A DNA stretch of 64,000 nucleotides, from NCBI GenBank assembly GCA_044222185.1, contig JBGANV010000007.1:128001-192000 (forward strand), given 5' to 3'. Made by a program: the position numbers and the translations under genes. This DNA is from Planctomycetota bacterium. GTDB lineage: Bacteria > Planctomycetota > GCA-002687715 > CAIWVZ01. Below are positions 18,595 through 28,613 of the stretch, in pieces. The notes beneath the pieces were generated by a model. The model had not been told where the DNA came from and made no database searches. It was given only the letters and a program-made list of their open reading frames with translations. Numbering within the stretch: position 1 is the first letter of the stretch; each line of letters opens with the position of its first letter.

Positions 18595-20451
18595 ATGAAA
18601 CGCGCAGCCCTGATTTCACTCGTGCTCGTGCTCGCGCTCTGTGCCGCAGCCAGCGCACAGGTCGTCAACGGCAGCTTCGAGGTGGGAGCCCCGGGGTTCA
18701 TGCCTGCTGGGTGGGCGCTGACCGGAGGATCCGCGATGATCTGGAACGCGCCGGACGAACTCTTCCCGACCCAGGGCAACCAGTATCTGCGGATGAGCTC
18801 CGGCAATACCGGTCCGACGACCGCGGGTTGGGGGCCCCACGCGCCGGGGACCGTGGGGCAGGTGACCCAGACCGTGCAACGGCCGAACGGTGCGTACTGC
18901 GGGTTGTTCATCGATTGGGAGTGGCTGCCGGTCGAAGCGCTGACGGGTGGCATCTACAACGACTTCATCTCGATCGACGTCGTGGACGCCAACACGAATA
19001 GCCTGATCCAGAACGTGTTGTTCCTGGATACCGGACGCCTGGCAGGCGTGCCCCCGTACACGAACGTTCCGGGCGCCGCCGCGGGCGTTCCGACGTGGGT
19101 TGCGCCGCTGGCGAGCTTCCTGGCGAGTGGCGTCCATGCACCGGCGGGGTACAAGCGGGCGTTCGCCGACCTGTCGGCGGTGCCCGTCGGGACTTCGATG
19201 CGCATCGAGATCACACTGGGGAATGGGGGCGACCCGGCGGCCCCGTGCAGTGCCTACATCGACAACGTCCGACTGACCGTAGGTGAGCGCAACGGCCACG
19301 GGTCGAACACCGGCAGCCTGCGTGTTCTCGAATCCAGCCACACGGACGGCCTGTTCACCGCATTGGACGGTTCCGGCGACTTCCGCAACGAGACGCCGTA
19401 CACGTTCCGCGCGGCGCCCGGGCAGCGCATCGTCTTCCGCGCGAGCGGCTCGCCGAATACGCCTTGGGCACTCGTGATGGGCGCTCCGGCGGACGTGGGA
19501 ATGATCGTCGGCGGTTACGGGATCGTGAACCTGGACCTGACGTTCCCGCTCCTCATCGCGGTGAACGGATTCGACCCGGTCAACCCGATCAACGTGATCC
19601 TCGGAACGATGAACTCCAGCGGGTACGGCTTCCTCGAGGGGCAGGTTCCCGAGACGGTGCCGCTGGGAGTCACGTTCGCGGTCCAGGGGATCGTTCGTGA
19701 CACCGGATCCGCATCGAGCTACGCGCTCACGGCCGCGACGACCATCACGATTGCGTCGCCTCAAATCCCAGTGGGGGATGTCGTGGCTGGCGGTGCGAGC
19801 GTCGACGATGGTATCGAGGCGATTCTCTTCAACTCCTTCGGCCTCTGGCCCTTCTACGGCTCGCTGAAGTCCGGGATCTTCGTCAGCTCGAACGGCAACT
19901 GCACCTTCGATGCGGCGGACCCGACGGCGGTAGGGAGCGAGGCGTCCATGGTCATGGGACCGCCGCGCATCGCGCTGTTGTGGGATGACTTGAACAACCA
20001 ACCGGCTCTCGGAGGCACGGTCCGGACTTCCGAATCGACCACGACGTTCACGGTTTCCTACGAGCACACGGTGGAGGCGGGGAGTGAGAACAATGGCAAC
20101 ACGTTCGCGCTCCTGCTCTACAAGGGCCTGGGCTCGACCCCGAGCGGAGTCTTCACGCTGTACTTCGGGTCGACGACCATGTCCGCCGGTCTCGTGGGGA
20201 TCACTCCGGGAGGGCTCTCGGCGCCGACGCCGGGCACCAGCCAGAGCGTGGACCTGAGCAGCACGGGGCTCCAGTTCGGACAGCGGGTCTCGATCCCTGC
20301 AGGGACGTCGCTCCTGGAACTCTTCGGGGCGGCGGCGAACGGCCTGTACCGAGACTCGTTCGACCTCCTCGGGATGAGCTCCAACACCGCGCGCATCACG
20401 TTCGTGCCCAATGGCAGCGGCGGCTACACGGCCTTCGCCGGCACCCGTTGA
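18595..20451 (+). CDS. Secreted protein: jelly-roll/CBM-like N-domain, shared ~100-aa domain, NIDO-like C-domain
   Basis: Signal peptide ending ASA-Q, VVNGSFE...YIDNVRL, then DD..PFYG..VSSNG..F..IALLWDDL; GGAGG RBS before ATG 18595. Confidence 0.8.
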   Translation: MKRAALISLVLVLALCAAASAQVVNGSFEVGAPGFMPAGWALTGGSAMIWNAPDELFPTQGNQYLRMSSGNTGPTTAGWGPHAPGTVGQVTQTVQRPNGAYCGLFIDWEWLPVEALTGGIYNDFISIDVVDANTNSLIQNVLFLDTGRLAGVPPYTNVPGAAAGVPTWVAPLASFLASGVHAPAGYKRAFADLSAVPVGTSMRIEITLGNGGDPAAPCSAYIDNVRLTVGERNGHGSNTGSLRVLESSHTDGLFTALDGSGDFRNETPYTFRAAPGQRIVFRASGSPNTPWALVMGAPADVGMIVGGYGIVNLDLTFPLLIAVNGFDPVNPINVILGTMNSSGYGFLEGQVPETVPLGVTFAVQGIVRDTGSASSYALTAATTITIASPQIPVGDVVAGGASVDDGIEAILFNSFGLWPFYGSLKSGIFVSSNGNCTFDAADPTAVGSEASMVMGPPRIALLWDDLNNQPALGGTVRTSESTTTFTVSYEHTVEAGSENNGNTFALLLYKGLGSTPSGVFTLYFGSTTMSAGLVGITPGGLSAPTPGTSQSVDLSSTGLQFGQRVSIPAGTSLLELFGAAANGLYRDSFDLLGMSSNTARITFVPNGSGGYTAFAGTR

Positions 20452-20540
20452 TGCGATGCCCAGCGAAATAGACCAGGGGGCGCGGATCGCCGGACGCCCA
20501 CGCCCGGCGTAGACTGTCGCCCGTCTGGTCGAAGTCATCG

Positions 20541-22619
20541 GTGCGCGTTTTCGTTGGAGCGATCCGCGTGAGGCGAACCTCGAGCGTGGCGGTGTCGTGG
20601 GTGGGAGTCGCCGGTTTGATCCTGGGCCTCGCGTGCATGGGCCTGGGCGCACAGGACCCCAAGCAGGAACGCATGGCGTGGTGGCGCGAGGCGCGTTTCG
20701 GCCTGTTCATCCACTGGGGGCTCTACGCCATCCCGGCCGGTGAATGGAAGAGCGCCACCAATCACGGCGAGTGGATCCGCGAGACCGCGCACATCCCGGT
20801 GGACGAGTACGAGAAGTTCCGCGAGAAGTGGAACCCGACGAAGTTCGACGCCGAGGCCTGGGTCAAGCTCGCGAAGGACGCGGGCATGAAGTACGTCGTG
20901 ATCACCTCCAAGCACCACGACGGCTTCTGTCTCTTCGACTCGGCGCAGACGGACTGGGACGTGATGTCGACGCCCTCGAAGCGCGACGTCATGAAGGAAC
21001 TGGCCGCCGCCTGCGCCAAGTACGACATGAAGATGTGCTGGTACCACTCGATCATGGACTGGCATCACCCCGACTACCTCCCACGGCGCAAGTGGGAGAA
21101 TAGACCGGCGGACAAGGCCAGCTTCGACCGATACACCGAGTACCTCTTCAAGCAGGTGGAGGAACTGCTCACGAACTACGGCCCCATCGGGGTCATGTGG
21201 TTCGACGGTGAATGGGAGTCGACCTGGAACAATGAACTGGGCAAGAAGCTCTATGCCCTCTGCCGCAAGCTCCAGCCCACGGTGATCGTGAACAACCGCG
21301 TGAGCACGGGCCGCGGTGGCATGGCGGGGATGACGGAGTCCGGCGACTTCCCCGGTGATTTCGGCACCCCCGAGCAGGAGATTCCGGCGCAGGGGCTCCC
21401 CGGCGTCGATTGGGAAACCTGCATGACGCTGAACGACCACTGGGGCTACAACCGCAAGGACGAGCACTGGAAGTCGACCACCGAGGTGATTCGCATGCTC
21501 GCGGACATCGCATCGAAGGGCGGCAACTACCTGCTGAACGTCGGACCCACGGCCGAGGGCGAATTCCCGCAGGCGTGTGTCGAGCGATTGAAGCAGGTGG
21601 GCGGATGGATGGCAGTGAACGGCGAGTCGATCCACGGGACCACCGCCAGCCCGATCGACGCGGGAGCCTGGGGACGCGTCACGGCGAAGGCTCGGGAAGG
21701 GGGCACGACGCTCTACCTCCACGTCTTCGACTGGCCCTCGAAGGCCACGATCGTCCTCGATGGGCTCGGCAACACGATCACGGGCGCCAGGCTTCTCGCA
21801 GCTCCGGATGCCAGCATCGGGATCACCGAGGGCGACGGTCGCGTCGAGCTCTCGTTGCCGCCGCGTTCGCCCGATCCCTACGACAGCGTCATCGCGCTGG
21901 AGCTGAAGGGAGCGCCCATCGTCTTCCGCCGGCCGGAGATCGTCGCGCCCGCGCGCCGGTTCGTGACGGAGCGCACGATCGCACTCCGCGCGTCCAATCC
22001 GGGAGTGGACGTCCGCTACACCCTCGACGGCGAGGATCCGACGGCGACGTCGCCTCTGTACACGGGCCCGTTCACGGTTCGCGATACGACGGAGGTCCGC
22101 GCTCGTTCCTTCGTCTCCACCAAGCCGGTGAACGCGGTGGTTCGCGAGACGTTCGAGAAGGTGAAGCCCCGGCCCGCCGTCGCCGTGGCCGACGCCCGTT
22201 CGGGCCTCCTTGCAGGCCGATTCCTCGGCGACTGGAAGAAGCTTCCCGACTGGACGAAGACGAAACCAGGAACCACGACGACCGCTCCCGCGATCTCCAT
22301 CCCCGGCGGTGAGCCGCGGGAGGGGGTCGGCTGGCGCTTCTCCGGGTTCATCACCGTTCCGAGCGAGGAGGTCTGGGAGTTCGCGCTCAGCTCCGATGAC
22401 GGCTCGCGCCTTTGGATCGACGAGGAACTCGTCGTCGACAACGACGGGCTGCACCAGGCGGAGACACGCCGAGGCACCATCGCATTGGCCGCCGGCGCTC
22501 ACGTCATCCGCGTCGACTACTTCAACCGCACGGGCGGTGCCGAGCTCTCGCTGTCGGCCGGCGTCGCCGGTTCGAAGCTCGATCCCGTCGCTCCATCGGC
22601 CCTGAGTCATCTACCCTGA
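20541..22619 (+). CDS. Alpha-L-fucosidase (GH29) with Fn3-associated and PA14 domains (start uncertain)
   Basis: WWREARFGLFIHWGLY, KHHDGFCLF, WFDGEW, WETCMT, NYLLNVGP; RYTLDGEDPT; LSSDDGSRLWID..VDNDGLH. Confidence 0.93.
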   Translation: MRVFVGAIRVRRTSSVAVSWVGVAGLILGLACMGLGAQDPKQERMAWWREARFGLFIHWGLYAIPAGEWKSATNHGEWIRETAHIPVDEYEKFREKWNPTKFDAEAWVKLAKDAGMKYVVITSKHHDGFCLFDSAQTDWDVMSTPSKRDVMKELAAACAKYDMKMCWYHSIMDWHHPDYLPRRKWENRPADKASFDRYTEYLFKQVEELLTNYGPIGVMWFDGEWESTWNNELGKKLYALCRKLQPTVIVNNRVSTGRGGMAGMTESGDFPGDFGTPEQEIPAQGLPGVDWETCMTLNDHWGYNRKDEHWKSTTEVIRMLADIASKGGNYLLNVGPTAEGEFPQACVERLKQVGGWMAVNGESIHGTTASPIDAGAWGRVTAKAREGGTTLYLHVFDWPSKATIVLDGLGNTITGARLLAAPDASIGITEGDGRVELSLPPRSPDPYDSVIALELKGAPIVFRRPEIVAPARRFVTERTIALRASNPGVDVRYTLDGEDPTATSPLYTGPFTVRDTTEVRARSFVSTKPVNAVVRETFEKVKPRPAVAVADARSGLLAGRFLGDWKKLPDWTKTKPGTTTTAPAISIPGGEPREGVGWRFSGFITVPSEEVWEFALSSDDGSRLWIDEELVVDNDGLHQAETRRGTIALAAGAHVIRVDYFNRTGGAELSLSAGVAGSKLDPVAPSALSHLP

Positions 22620-22644
22620 ACCGTCGGACACGAGGAACCTCCGG

Positions 22645-23565
22645 ATGCAATCCAGAACGTCGCCGCTCACGCGCCGTGAGCTGATCACGTCAGCCGCCGT
22701 CGTCGCCATGGGCGCCGCCCTCGATCGTCGCGAGAGTCTCGTGCGGCTCGCCGGGCGGTGCGCTCCCGCGGACATCGCCCGTGCCGTCCGCGAGACGAAG
22801 ACGAAGTTCGCCATCAACGCCGAGATCTGGTGGGGGAACCTGCCGTTCCTCGACCGGATCAAGAAGGCCAAGCAGTTCGGGTTCTCGGGCGTCGAGTTCT
22901 GGCCGTTCGAAGACAAGCCACTCGACGACACGATCAAGCTGTGCGGAGACCTCGGCGTGGAGATCGCCCAATTCACCGCCTGGGGGTTCTCGCCGGGCAT
23001 GAACGACCCTGCCAACCACAAGAAGCTCGTGGAGCAGATCACGAAGGCGTGCGAAGTCGCGAACCGGCTCAAGTGCCGCAAGATGACCGTCGTCGGCGGC
23101 AACGACCAGAAGGGCATGACGCAGGAGCAGATGCACGCGAACATCACGGAGGGGCTCCGCCTCGTCGCGCCGATTGCGGAGGCGCACAAGGTCATGCTGA
23201 TCCTCGAGCCCATGAACGTCCGCGTCGATCACAAGGGCCACTGCCTCTACGGGAGCCCTGCGGCAGTGAAGATCTGCCGCGACGTGAAGTCGCCCATGGT
23301 GAAGATCAACTGGGACCTCTACCACATGCAGCTGAGCGAGGGCGATCTCTGCGGGCGTCTGAAGGACGGCATCGATCAGCTCGGTTACGCGCAGGTCGCG
23401 GACACTCCCGGGCGGCACGAGCCGGGAACGGGCGAGGTGCATTACAACCGTGTCCTCAAGCAGTTGGATGCCCTCGGGTATCGGGACTTCGTCGGACTCG
23501 AGAACTGGCCCATCGCCGGTGAGGAAGTGGCGATCAAGCGCGTCCTCGCCTGCGACGTCTGGTGA
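22645..23565 (+). CDS. Hydroxypyruvate isomerase-like TIM-barrel protein with Tat-like signal
   Basis: LTRRELI; GFSGVEFW, LILEPMN, DLYHMQ, QVADTPGRHEPGTGEV. Confidence 0.88.
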   Translation: MQSRTSPLTRRELITSAAVVAMGAALDRRESLVRLAGRCAPADIARAVRETKTKFAINAEIWWGNLPFLDRIKKAKQFGFSGVEFWPFEDKPLDDTIKLCGDLGVEIAQFTAWGFSPGMNDPANHKKLVEQITKACEVANRLKCRKMTVVGGNDQKGMTQEQMHANITEGLRLVAPIAEAHKVMLILEPMNVRVDHKGHCLYGSPAAVKICRDVKSPMVKINWDLYHMQLSEGDLCGRLKDGIDQLGYAQVADTPGRHEPGTGEVHYNRVLKQLDALGYRDFVGLENWPIAGEEVAIKRVLACDVW

Positions 23566-23669
23566 CGCGGGCGGCTCGTCGACCTCTCCGTCGTCCCCGA
23601 AACACCGTAGGGAGACGGCGTCCCGCGTGCGATGATCGCCGCCGCTCGCCGTGCGCGAGGCTGGCCTCC

Positions 23670-25193
23670 ATGCCCGATCCAGAGATCAAACGGCAGTTCT
23701 CGTTCTGGTTGCTGATCCCGATCACCGTGTTCGGGGTGATCGTCTTTGGGGCGCCGGCTTGGGACTGGGCGGACGGCAAGCGACCCTGGCGCGGCGTCCA
23801 GTTCAGCTTGAGCGGCCTGCTCGACGGCTCGGTGACGCGCTCCATCGAGAAGCGCATGACGTCGGACTCGGCGGTCGCCGACACCGTTCGGCCCCGGTAC
23901 AACGAGTTCCTCGGAGTCGCCGCGGGCGTCATCACCGCCCAGCTCGTGGAGGGGAAGGACCATTGGCTTTTCCTGCGCTCGACGGCCGTCGACTACCCGC
24001 CGCCGGGCGCGGACGCGATGCTGGATGAGCACGTGCGGAACATGGCGGCGCTCATCGGGTGGCTGAAGGCCCAGGGGACCGAGGTCCTCGTTCTCCCGCT
24101 TCCCAACAAGGAGACGATGGCCCCGGAGAAACTCCCGAAGTCGGCCCGCGGCGTGAGATCGATGTACGGCGCGATCGTGACGGAACTGCGTCGCGCCGGG
24201 CTGTGGGTTCTCGACGCACGGCCTGCGCTCGACCTGCGTGAAGGCGTGTTCTTCATCAACAACGACACGCACTGGACACCGGCGGGAGCGCGGCGCGTGG
24301 CGCTGGCGGTCGGTGCGGCCGCGCGAGAACGCTTCGGCGATGCCGTCCCCGGGCGACCCGTGAAGGCGATCTTCCACCAGTTGCCGGACGAGCCGCGTCG
24401 CGGGGACCTCCAGCGCATGCTCGGGTTCGTTCCCGGTTCCGCTGCAGATTCGAAGTACACGTGCATGACGTCGAGCGTCTACGCCGCGCGGGACGATTCG
24501 GGGCCCGTCGTCGACGACTCCGATCTGACGGTCGTCGTCTGCGGAACGAGCTTCACGGCACACTTCGGGTTCGCGTCGATGGTGGCCGGCGGACTTCAGC
24601 GGTACGTGGCGGACCGCTCAGTCCCCGCGCGAGGTCCCCTGGTGATGCTGGCCGACCTCGTCGACACCATGCGTGCCGGGCGCGCGGCCCCGCGCTTCAT
24701 CGTCTGGGAGATTCCCGAGCCGAGCTTCTTCTTCACTCCGGGCGAGTTCATCGAGCCGCTCCGAGCGCTCGTGACCAGGCTCGCGACGGAGGACTCGCTG
24801 CTCGGTTCTCGCCGTGCCTTGACGTGGACCTCGTCGACGTCGTCCGGTCTCCTTCTCGCTCCGACGGAGAGCAAGTCGGTGCTGGGCTCGACCGATCGCG
24901 ACGAGGCCTGGGTCGAGGTGACTCTGGATCGACCGGCACCCGCGGGAACGATCGCGGCGCTCACGTTCCGCGCCCGGGCGGACCGGGTCTGCGCATTTCG
25001 CGCACGGGCGTTCGCCGGCACGTCGGGGGCGGCGACGGTGGACCGCCGCGAGATCCGCGGCGACCAGAGCTTCGACCGCGTCACGTTGGCGCTGGATCAG
25101 GCCGCGGCGATCGAGCGGATTCGCCTCGAGGTCTTGGGTGGTCCAGTCCACTTCGAACTCGCGGACCTCGAGTTGACGCAGCGGCGACGATGA
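23670..25193 (+). CDS. AlgX/AlgJ-like SGNH polysaccharide O-acetyltransferase
   Basis: GKDHWLFL, LPNKE, NDTHWTPAGA, GTSFT, IVWEIPE motifs. Confidence 0.82.
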   Translation: MPDPEIKRQFSFWLLIPITVFGVIVFGAPAWDWADGKRPWRGVQFSLSGLLDGSVTRSIEKRMTSDSAVADTVRPRYNEFLGVAAGVITAQLVEGKDHWLFLRSTAVDYPPPGADAMLDEHVRNMAALIGWLKAQGTEVLVLPLPNKETMAPEKLPKSARGVRSMYGAIVTELRRAGLWVLDARPALDLREGVFFINNDTHWTPAGARRVALAVGAAARERFGDAVPGRPVKAIFHQLPDEPRRGDLQRMLGFVPGSAADSKYTCMTSSVYAARDDSGPVVDDSDLTVVVCGTSFTAHFGFASMVAGGLQRYVADRSVPARGPLVMLADLVDTMRAGRAAPRFIVWEIPEPSFFFTPGEFIEPLRALVTRLATEDSLLGSRRALTWTSSTSSGLLLAPTESKSVLGSTDRDEAWVEVTLDRPAPAGTIAALTFRARADRVCAFRARAFAGTSGAATVDRREIRGDQSFDRVTLALDQAAAIERIRLEVLGGPVHFELADLELTQRRR

Positions 25194-25223
25194 TCCCGCG
25201 GCCGCCCGCGTCATGGACGCGGC

Positions 25224-27212
25224 TCAGTTCGTGACCTGCCACGCCATGGCGCGCGTACTCACGACCATGGGAGTGAATGGCGGCAGCGAGCCCGCGTCGT
25301 AGGTCGAGTCGAACGACCAGTTGCGGGTCGGCGCGTCGTAGTAGGAGCCGCCGTACACCCAGGCGCCGCGGGCGTGGGTGCTGCGCCAGAGGTTCACGAA
25401 CGACCCGTTGATCGTCGCCGTCTTGCTGCTCCAGTTCTCGTGGAAGCGCGGCAGGTTCTCGAACCCGCCGTTGTAGTGGCCGACCGTCGTGTTGTCGTTG
25501 CCGCAGATGATCGCCATGTTGTAGGTCGTGTTGGTCGCGGTCTTCGACTGGTTCGGTCCCTTGGTGTAGTCCCAGGCGTTGCTCAACAGATTGAGTGCGT
25601 CGGTGATCACCGAGCACGGCTTCGTGCCGACGGTGTTGAAGTCCCCGTGGACGTAGATCGGGCATGGCGTCACGACCGAGACGCCCATCACGTCGGCATT
25701 CGTGAACGCGTAGGCACCGGTCGGAGGCGAGCCCGTGAACATCCGCCCACCTCCATAGTTGGCAGTGTTCCACTTCGGCGGCGTGTTCACCGTGGCACCG
25801 TTCGTGATGACGATGCCGTTCGGTGTGCCGACGACGCCATCCGTGCGCGTGGCGTAGATGAGCCCGTTGGCCGGAAACTTGGTGCAGCGGTCGAGCGTGT
25901 TCGCGTTTCCGTCCATGTCGCCGAGCTTGCCGACGTTGATCACGGAGACGTTGTTGTATCGGCCCTCTCGCTGGTCCCAGATCGTGCGAACCGTCACGAA
26001 GCCCGACGGCATTTGCGACGTGATGTCGGTGCCGGCCTTGTTGTAGACCTTGTCGTTGATGACGACGAGATCGGCGTTCCGGTGGTAGTAGCCCTTGCGA
26101 TGAGTACCCGTGCCGGCCGCGACCGACACGAACGTACCAGCGGTGTTTCCCGCGACGTAATCGCCGCCCGTTCCACCCGGCATGGCTTCGTAGGGCTGGA
26201 TCGAGCCCACGTTCGGCGCGGCGAGCGGACGGACTCCATGTTCGCCGGTCTGCAGGGTTCCGTGGAAAAGCTCCGTGGCGCGATCGCGGAACGGAGCCAT
26301 CTCACCCGGCAGCGTGAAGCGGCTGTCGCCGTTGATGTCCCAGCCCGTGAAGCTCGAGTCGAGGCCGTAGAGCGAAGTGATCCCGAGGCCCAAGAGGTCA
26401 GCCCTCGACGGAAGCGTCACGAGCGCGCCGGCCGGAGACGTCAGATCACGGATCTTGATCCAGCCTGCCGGCGTGCTGGAGTCGTCTTTCCGGTGATGGA
26501 TGAGGTTGCCGGCGGCCCGAACGTACGGCGAGTTGCATGTCAGACTCGTCCCGGGACCCAGATGCAGGTTCGAGTTGGTGTGGATGCGGCCTGCGAGCGT
26601 CATGGCCGGTCCCGGTTGGATCTCCAGGTCGTCGCCGTAGTACGCGAGGAACTGGAAGATCGGGACCTTGATCATCTCGATGTGTTTGCGCATCGACGTC
26701 GCGCTCATGCCGACGCGGACCGTCGACGTGATCACGTAAGGCTCGATCGTCTGGCGGAGTCCCGTGGGAGCATCCGTGCGGTTGAACGGCGGAATGGCGA
26801 CGGGAGTGCCGCTGGAGGAGTTCGTCGAGCGCTCGATGGTCCACGTCGCGTCCTTGCCGGCGAGGGTATAGGTGCCGGCGAGCACCTGGAAGGGCGCGTT
26901 GTTCGGCGGAGTCGCGACCGGAACGAAGTTCGCGGTGTTCGTGATCAGCTGATCCTCGGCCACCTGCAGGGCGCCCTCCGCGAGCTTCATCGCCTGTGCG
27001 CGGTCGCCTTGGAGGGACACGCCATCCTTCTCGGCATTCACGGCGCCGAGCATCGTCACCATGAGCCCGGCGACGACGACCAGTGAGACGAGGGCGACGA
27101 CGAGCACCACGCCGCGGTCACGATGAGCGCGGCGCCGGTTCATGCGTTCGGCGGCGAGGTGGAGATTCTGGGGGTTCTGCGGGGAGGTGCGGGTTTCAGG
27201 CGAAGCGCTCAT
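25224..27212 (-). CDS. PilX/GspK-like pilus assembly protein with large C-terminal domain
   Basis: RGVVLVVALV pilin-like N-terminus lacking E5, AMKLAEGAL, GRIHTNSNL, GGFENLPRFHENW, YDAPTRNWSFD; ATGA coupling. Confidence 0.82.
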   Translation of the reverse strand: MSASPETRTSPQNPQNLHLAAERMNRRRAHRDRGVVLVVALVSLVVVAGLMVTMLGAVNAEKDGVSLQGDRAQAMKLAEGALQVAEDQLITNTANFVPVATPPNNAPFQVLAGTYTLAGKDATWTIERSTNSSSGTPVAIPPFNRTDAPTGLRQTIEPYVITSTVRVGMSATSMRKHIEMIKVPIFQFLAYYGDDLEIQPGPAMTLAGRIHTNSNLHLGPGTSLTCNSPYVRAAGNLIHHRKDDSSTPAGWIKIRDLTSPAGALVTLPSRADLLGLGITSLYGLDSSFTGWDINGDSRFTLPGEMAPFRDRATELFHGTLQTGEHGVRPLAAPNVGSIQPYEAMPGGTGGDYVAGNTAGTFVSVAAGTGTHRKGYYHRNADLVVINDKVYNKAGTDITSQMPSGFVTVRTIWDQREGRYNNVSVINVGKLGDMDGNANTLDRCTKFPANGLIYATRTDGVVGTPNGIVITNGATVNTPPKWNTANYGGGRMFTGSPPTGAYAFTNADVMGVSVVTPCPIYVHGDFNTVGTKPCSVITDALNLLSNAWDYTKGPNQSKTATNTTYNMAIICGNDNTTVGHYNGGFENLPRFHENWSSKTATINGSFVNLWRSTHARGAWVYGGSYYDAPTRNWSFDSTYDAGSLPPFTPMVVSTRAMAWQVTN

Positions 27213-27976
27213 TGCGAGTTCCTCATCGCGACGGTCGTTGCGAGGTGGAGACGTTGGACCTGACCACGGCCGTTGCGGCGGACGAGGTGGAGGTGGATCT
27301 CGACGGCGTCGAGGGGCAGCGTCGGCTTGGTGGCCGTGGTGTCGAAGGTCATGGCCTCGACGAAACGGCAGATGACCGAGTCGACCACCTGGCCCGTCGC
27401 CGTCACCCGACGACGGACGAGGTTGCAGCTCATCCCATCGGAGTTCGGCACTTGGATGTAGGCGATGAGCTCTTCGCTCCACTCGATCGTGTCGGTGGCT
27501 GCCGCAAGGATGCGGCCGTCGCCGTCACGATCGGCGGGCTGGCGGATCACGATCTCACGGAAGGCCATGGGCTCGTTCTCGTTGCCCGGTGCGACATAGG
27601 GCGGCGGGTTCGCCGGAGTCGTCCACGATACGGCCGGTGGGAAATGACTCGCGCGCGCCGTGAGGACCGTCGTGTCGTGCCGCAGCGTGGACTGCAGCGC
27701 GGATACCGGAGTCCCGTTCACGAACGTGCTCGGCATGGGAATGGCGTAAACGGGGTCGGTGATTCGCCCGCCCATGGCCACGTCGCGACGGACCTGTTCG
27801 AGGACGATGCGCCCTTGATCCTGCAGGTTGGCGGATCCCAGGTTGGTCGCGCTGAAGTCGGCGGCATCGTTCACGGCCATGGAGAACACGCCGAACATCA
27901 TCGTGGTCAGACCCATGACGATGATGCCTTCGATCAGGGTGAAGCCGCGGTCGGATCGACGATTCGGTCGGTGCAT
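27209..27976 (-). CDS. PilW/GspJ-like minor pilin
   Basis: RGFTLIEGIIVMGL prepilin site; C-terminal TTVAMRN. Confidence 0.85.
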   Translation of the reverse strand: MHRPNRRSDRGFTLIEGIIVMGLTTMMFGVFSMAVNDAADFSATNLGSANLQDQGRIVLEQVRRDVAMGGRITDPVYAIPMPSTFVNGTPVSALQSTLRHDTTVLTARASHFPPAVSWTTPANPPPYVAPGNENEPMAFREIVIRQPADRDGDGRILAAATDTIEWSEELIAYIQVPNSDGMSCNLVRRRVTATGQVVDSVICRFVEAMTFDTTATKPTLPLDAVEIHLHLVRRNGRGQVQRLHLATTVAMRNSQ

Positions 27977-28407
27977 CAGCGAGCCCTCACCCCGTTGAGA
28001 ACGTAACGGCCAGGGCGGCCTCCGGATCCGGTCCACGTGACGACCACCTGGTAGCGAAGCGGGCGGGCCGTCGCGTCGCCGTTGGCGTAGACGACGCGGA
28101 CGCGTTCATTGTTCACGTGGAGGTTGGTGAACTCGGCGATGTCCTGGTTGTTCGGAAACGTCGTCGCGATGTTGCCGATGGGCATGATCGCCATCTGCTC
28201 GGCGAGCGACGTCGCATCCATGAGCGCACGGTGGCGCTCCCGATTCACCCGGCTCAGTTCGCTCGCCGAGAGGAACGTGCTGAAGAGCATCAGCATCACG
28301 AGCGCGAGCGTCGTCATGGCCATCATCAACTCGACCATGGAGATCCCGGCCTCGGCCGAAAATCGGGGCATTCGGCGGTGGATTCGTGGGGCTCTCGTTG
28401 ACGTCAT
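27976..28407 (-). CDS. PilV/GspI-like minor pilin (start uncertain)
   Basis: AGISMVELMMAMTTLALVML prepilin site; VVVTW C-terminal motif. Confidence 0.82.
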   Translation of the reverse strand: MTSTRAPRIHRRMPRFSAEAGISMVELMMAMTTLALVMLMLFSTFLSASELSRVNRERHRALMDATSLAEQMAIMPIGNIATTFPNNQDIAEFTNLHVNNERVRVVYANGDATARPLRYQVVVTWTGSGGRPGRYVLNGVRAR

Positions 28408-28613
28408 GGGATGGCTCGGCGGTCCGAGGCGCGGGGGTGCGCGTCGTCGGACCTTGCTTTTCATATCGGAAGCATCCGCCCGTGAGATGAGTCCGGCTCC
28501 CGTCGGGGGGAGATTCGCAAAGCGACGCGGCGACGGCTGCTTTCAGCCACGCGCGATCGATGACGCCTGTCGATGAGCCGCCTCTGACTACGCGAGGCGC
28601 GTGGAAGGTTCCG

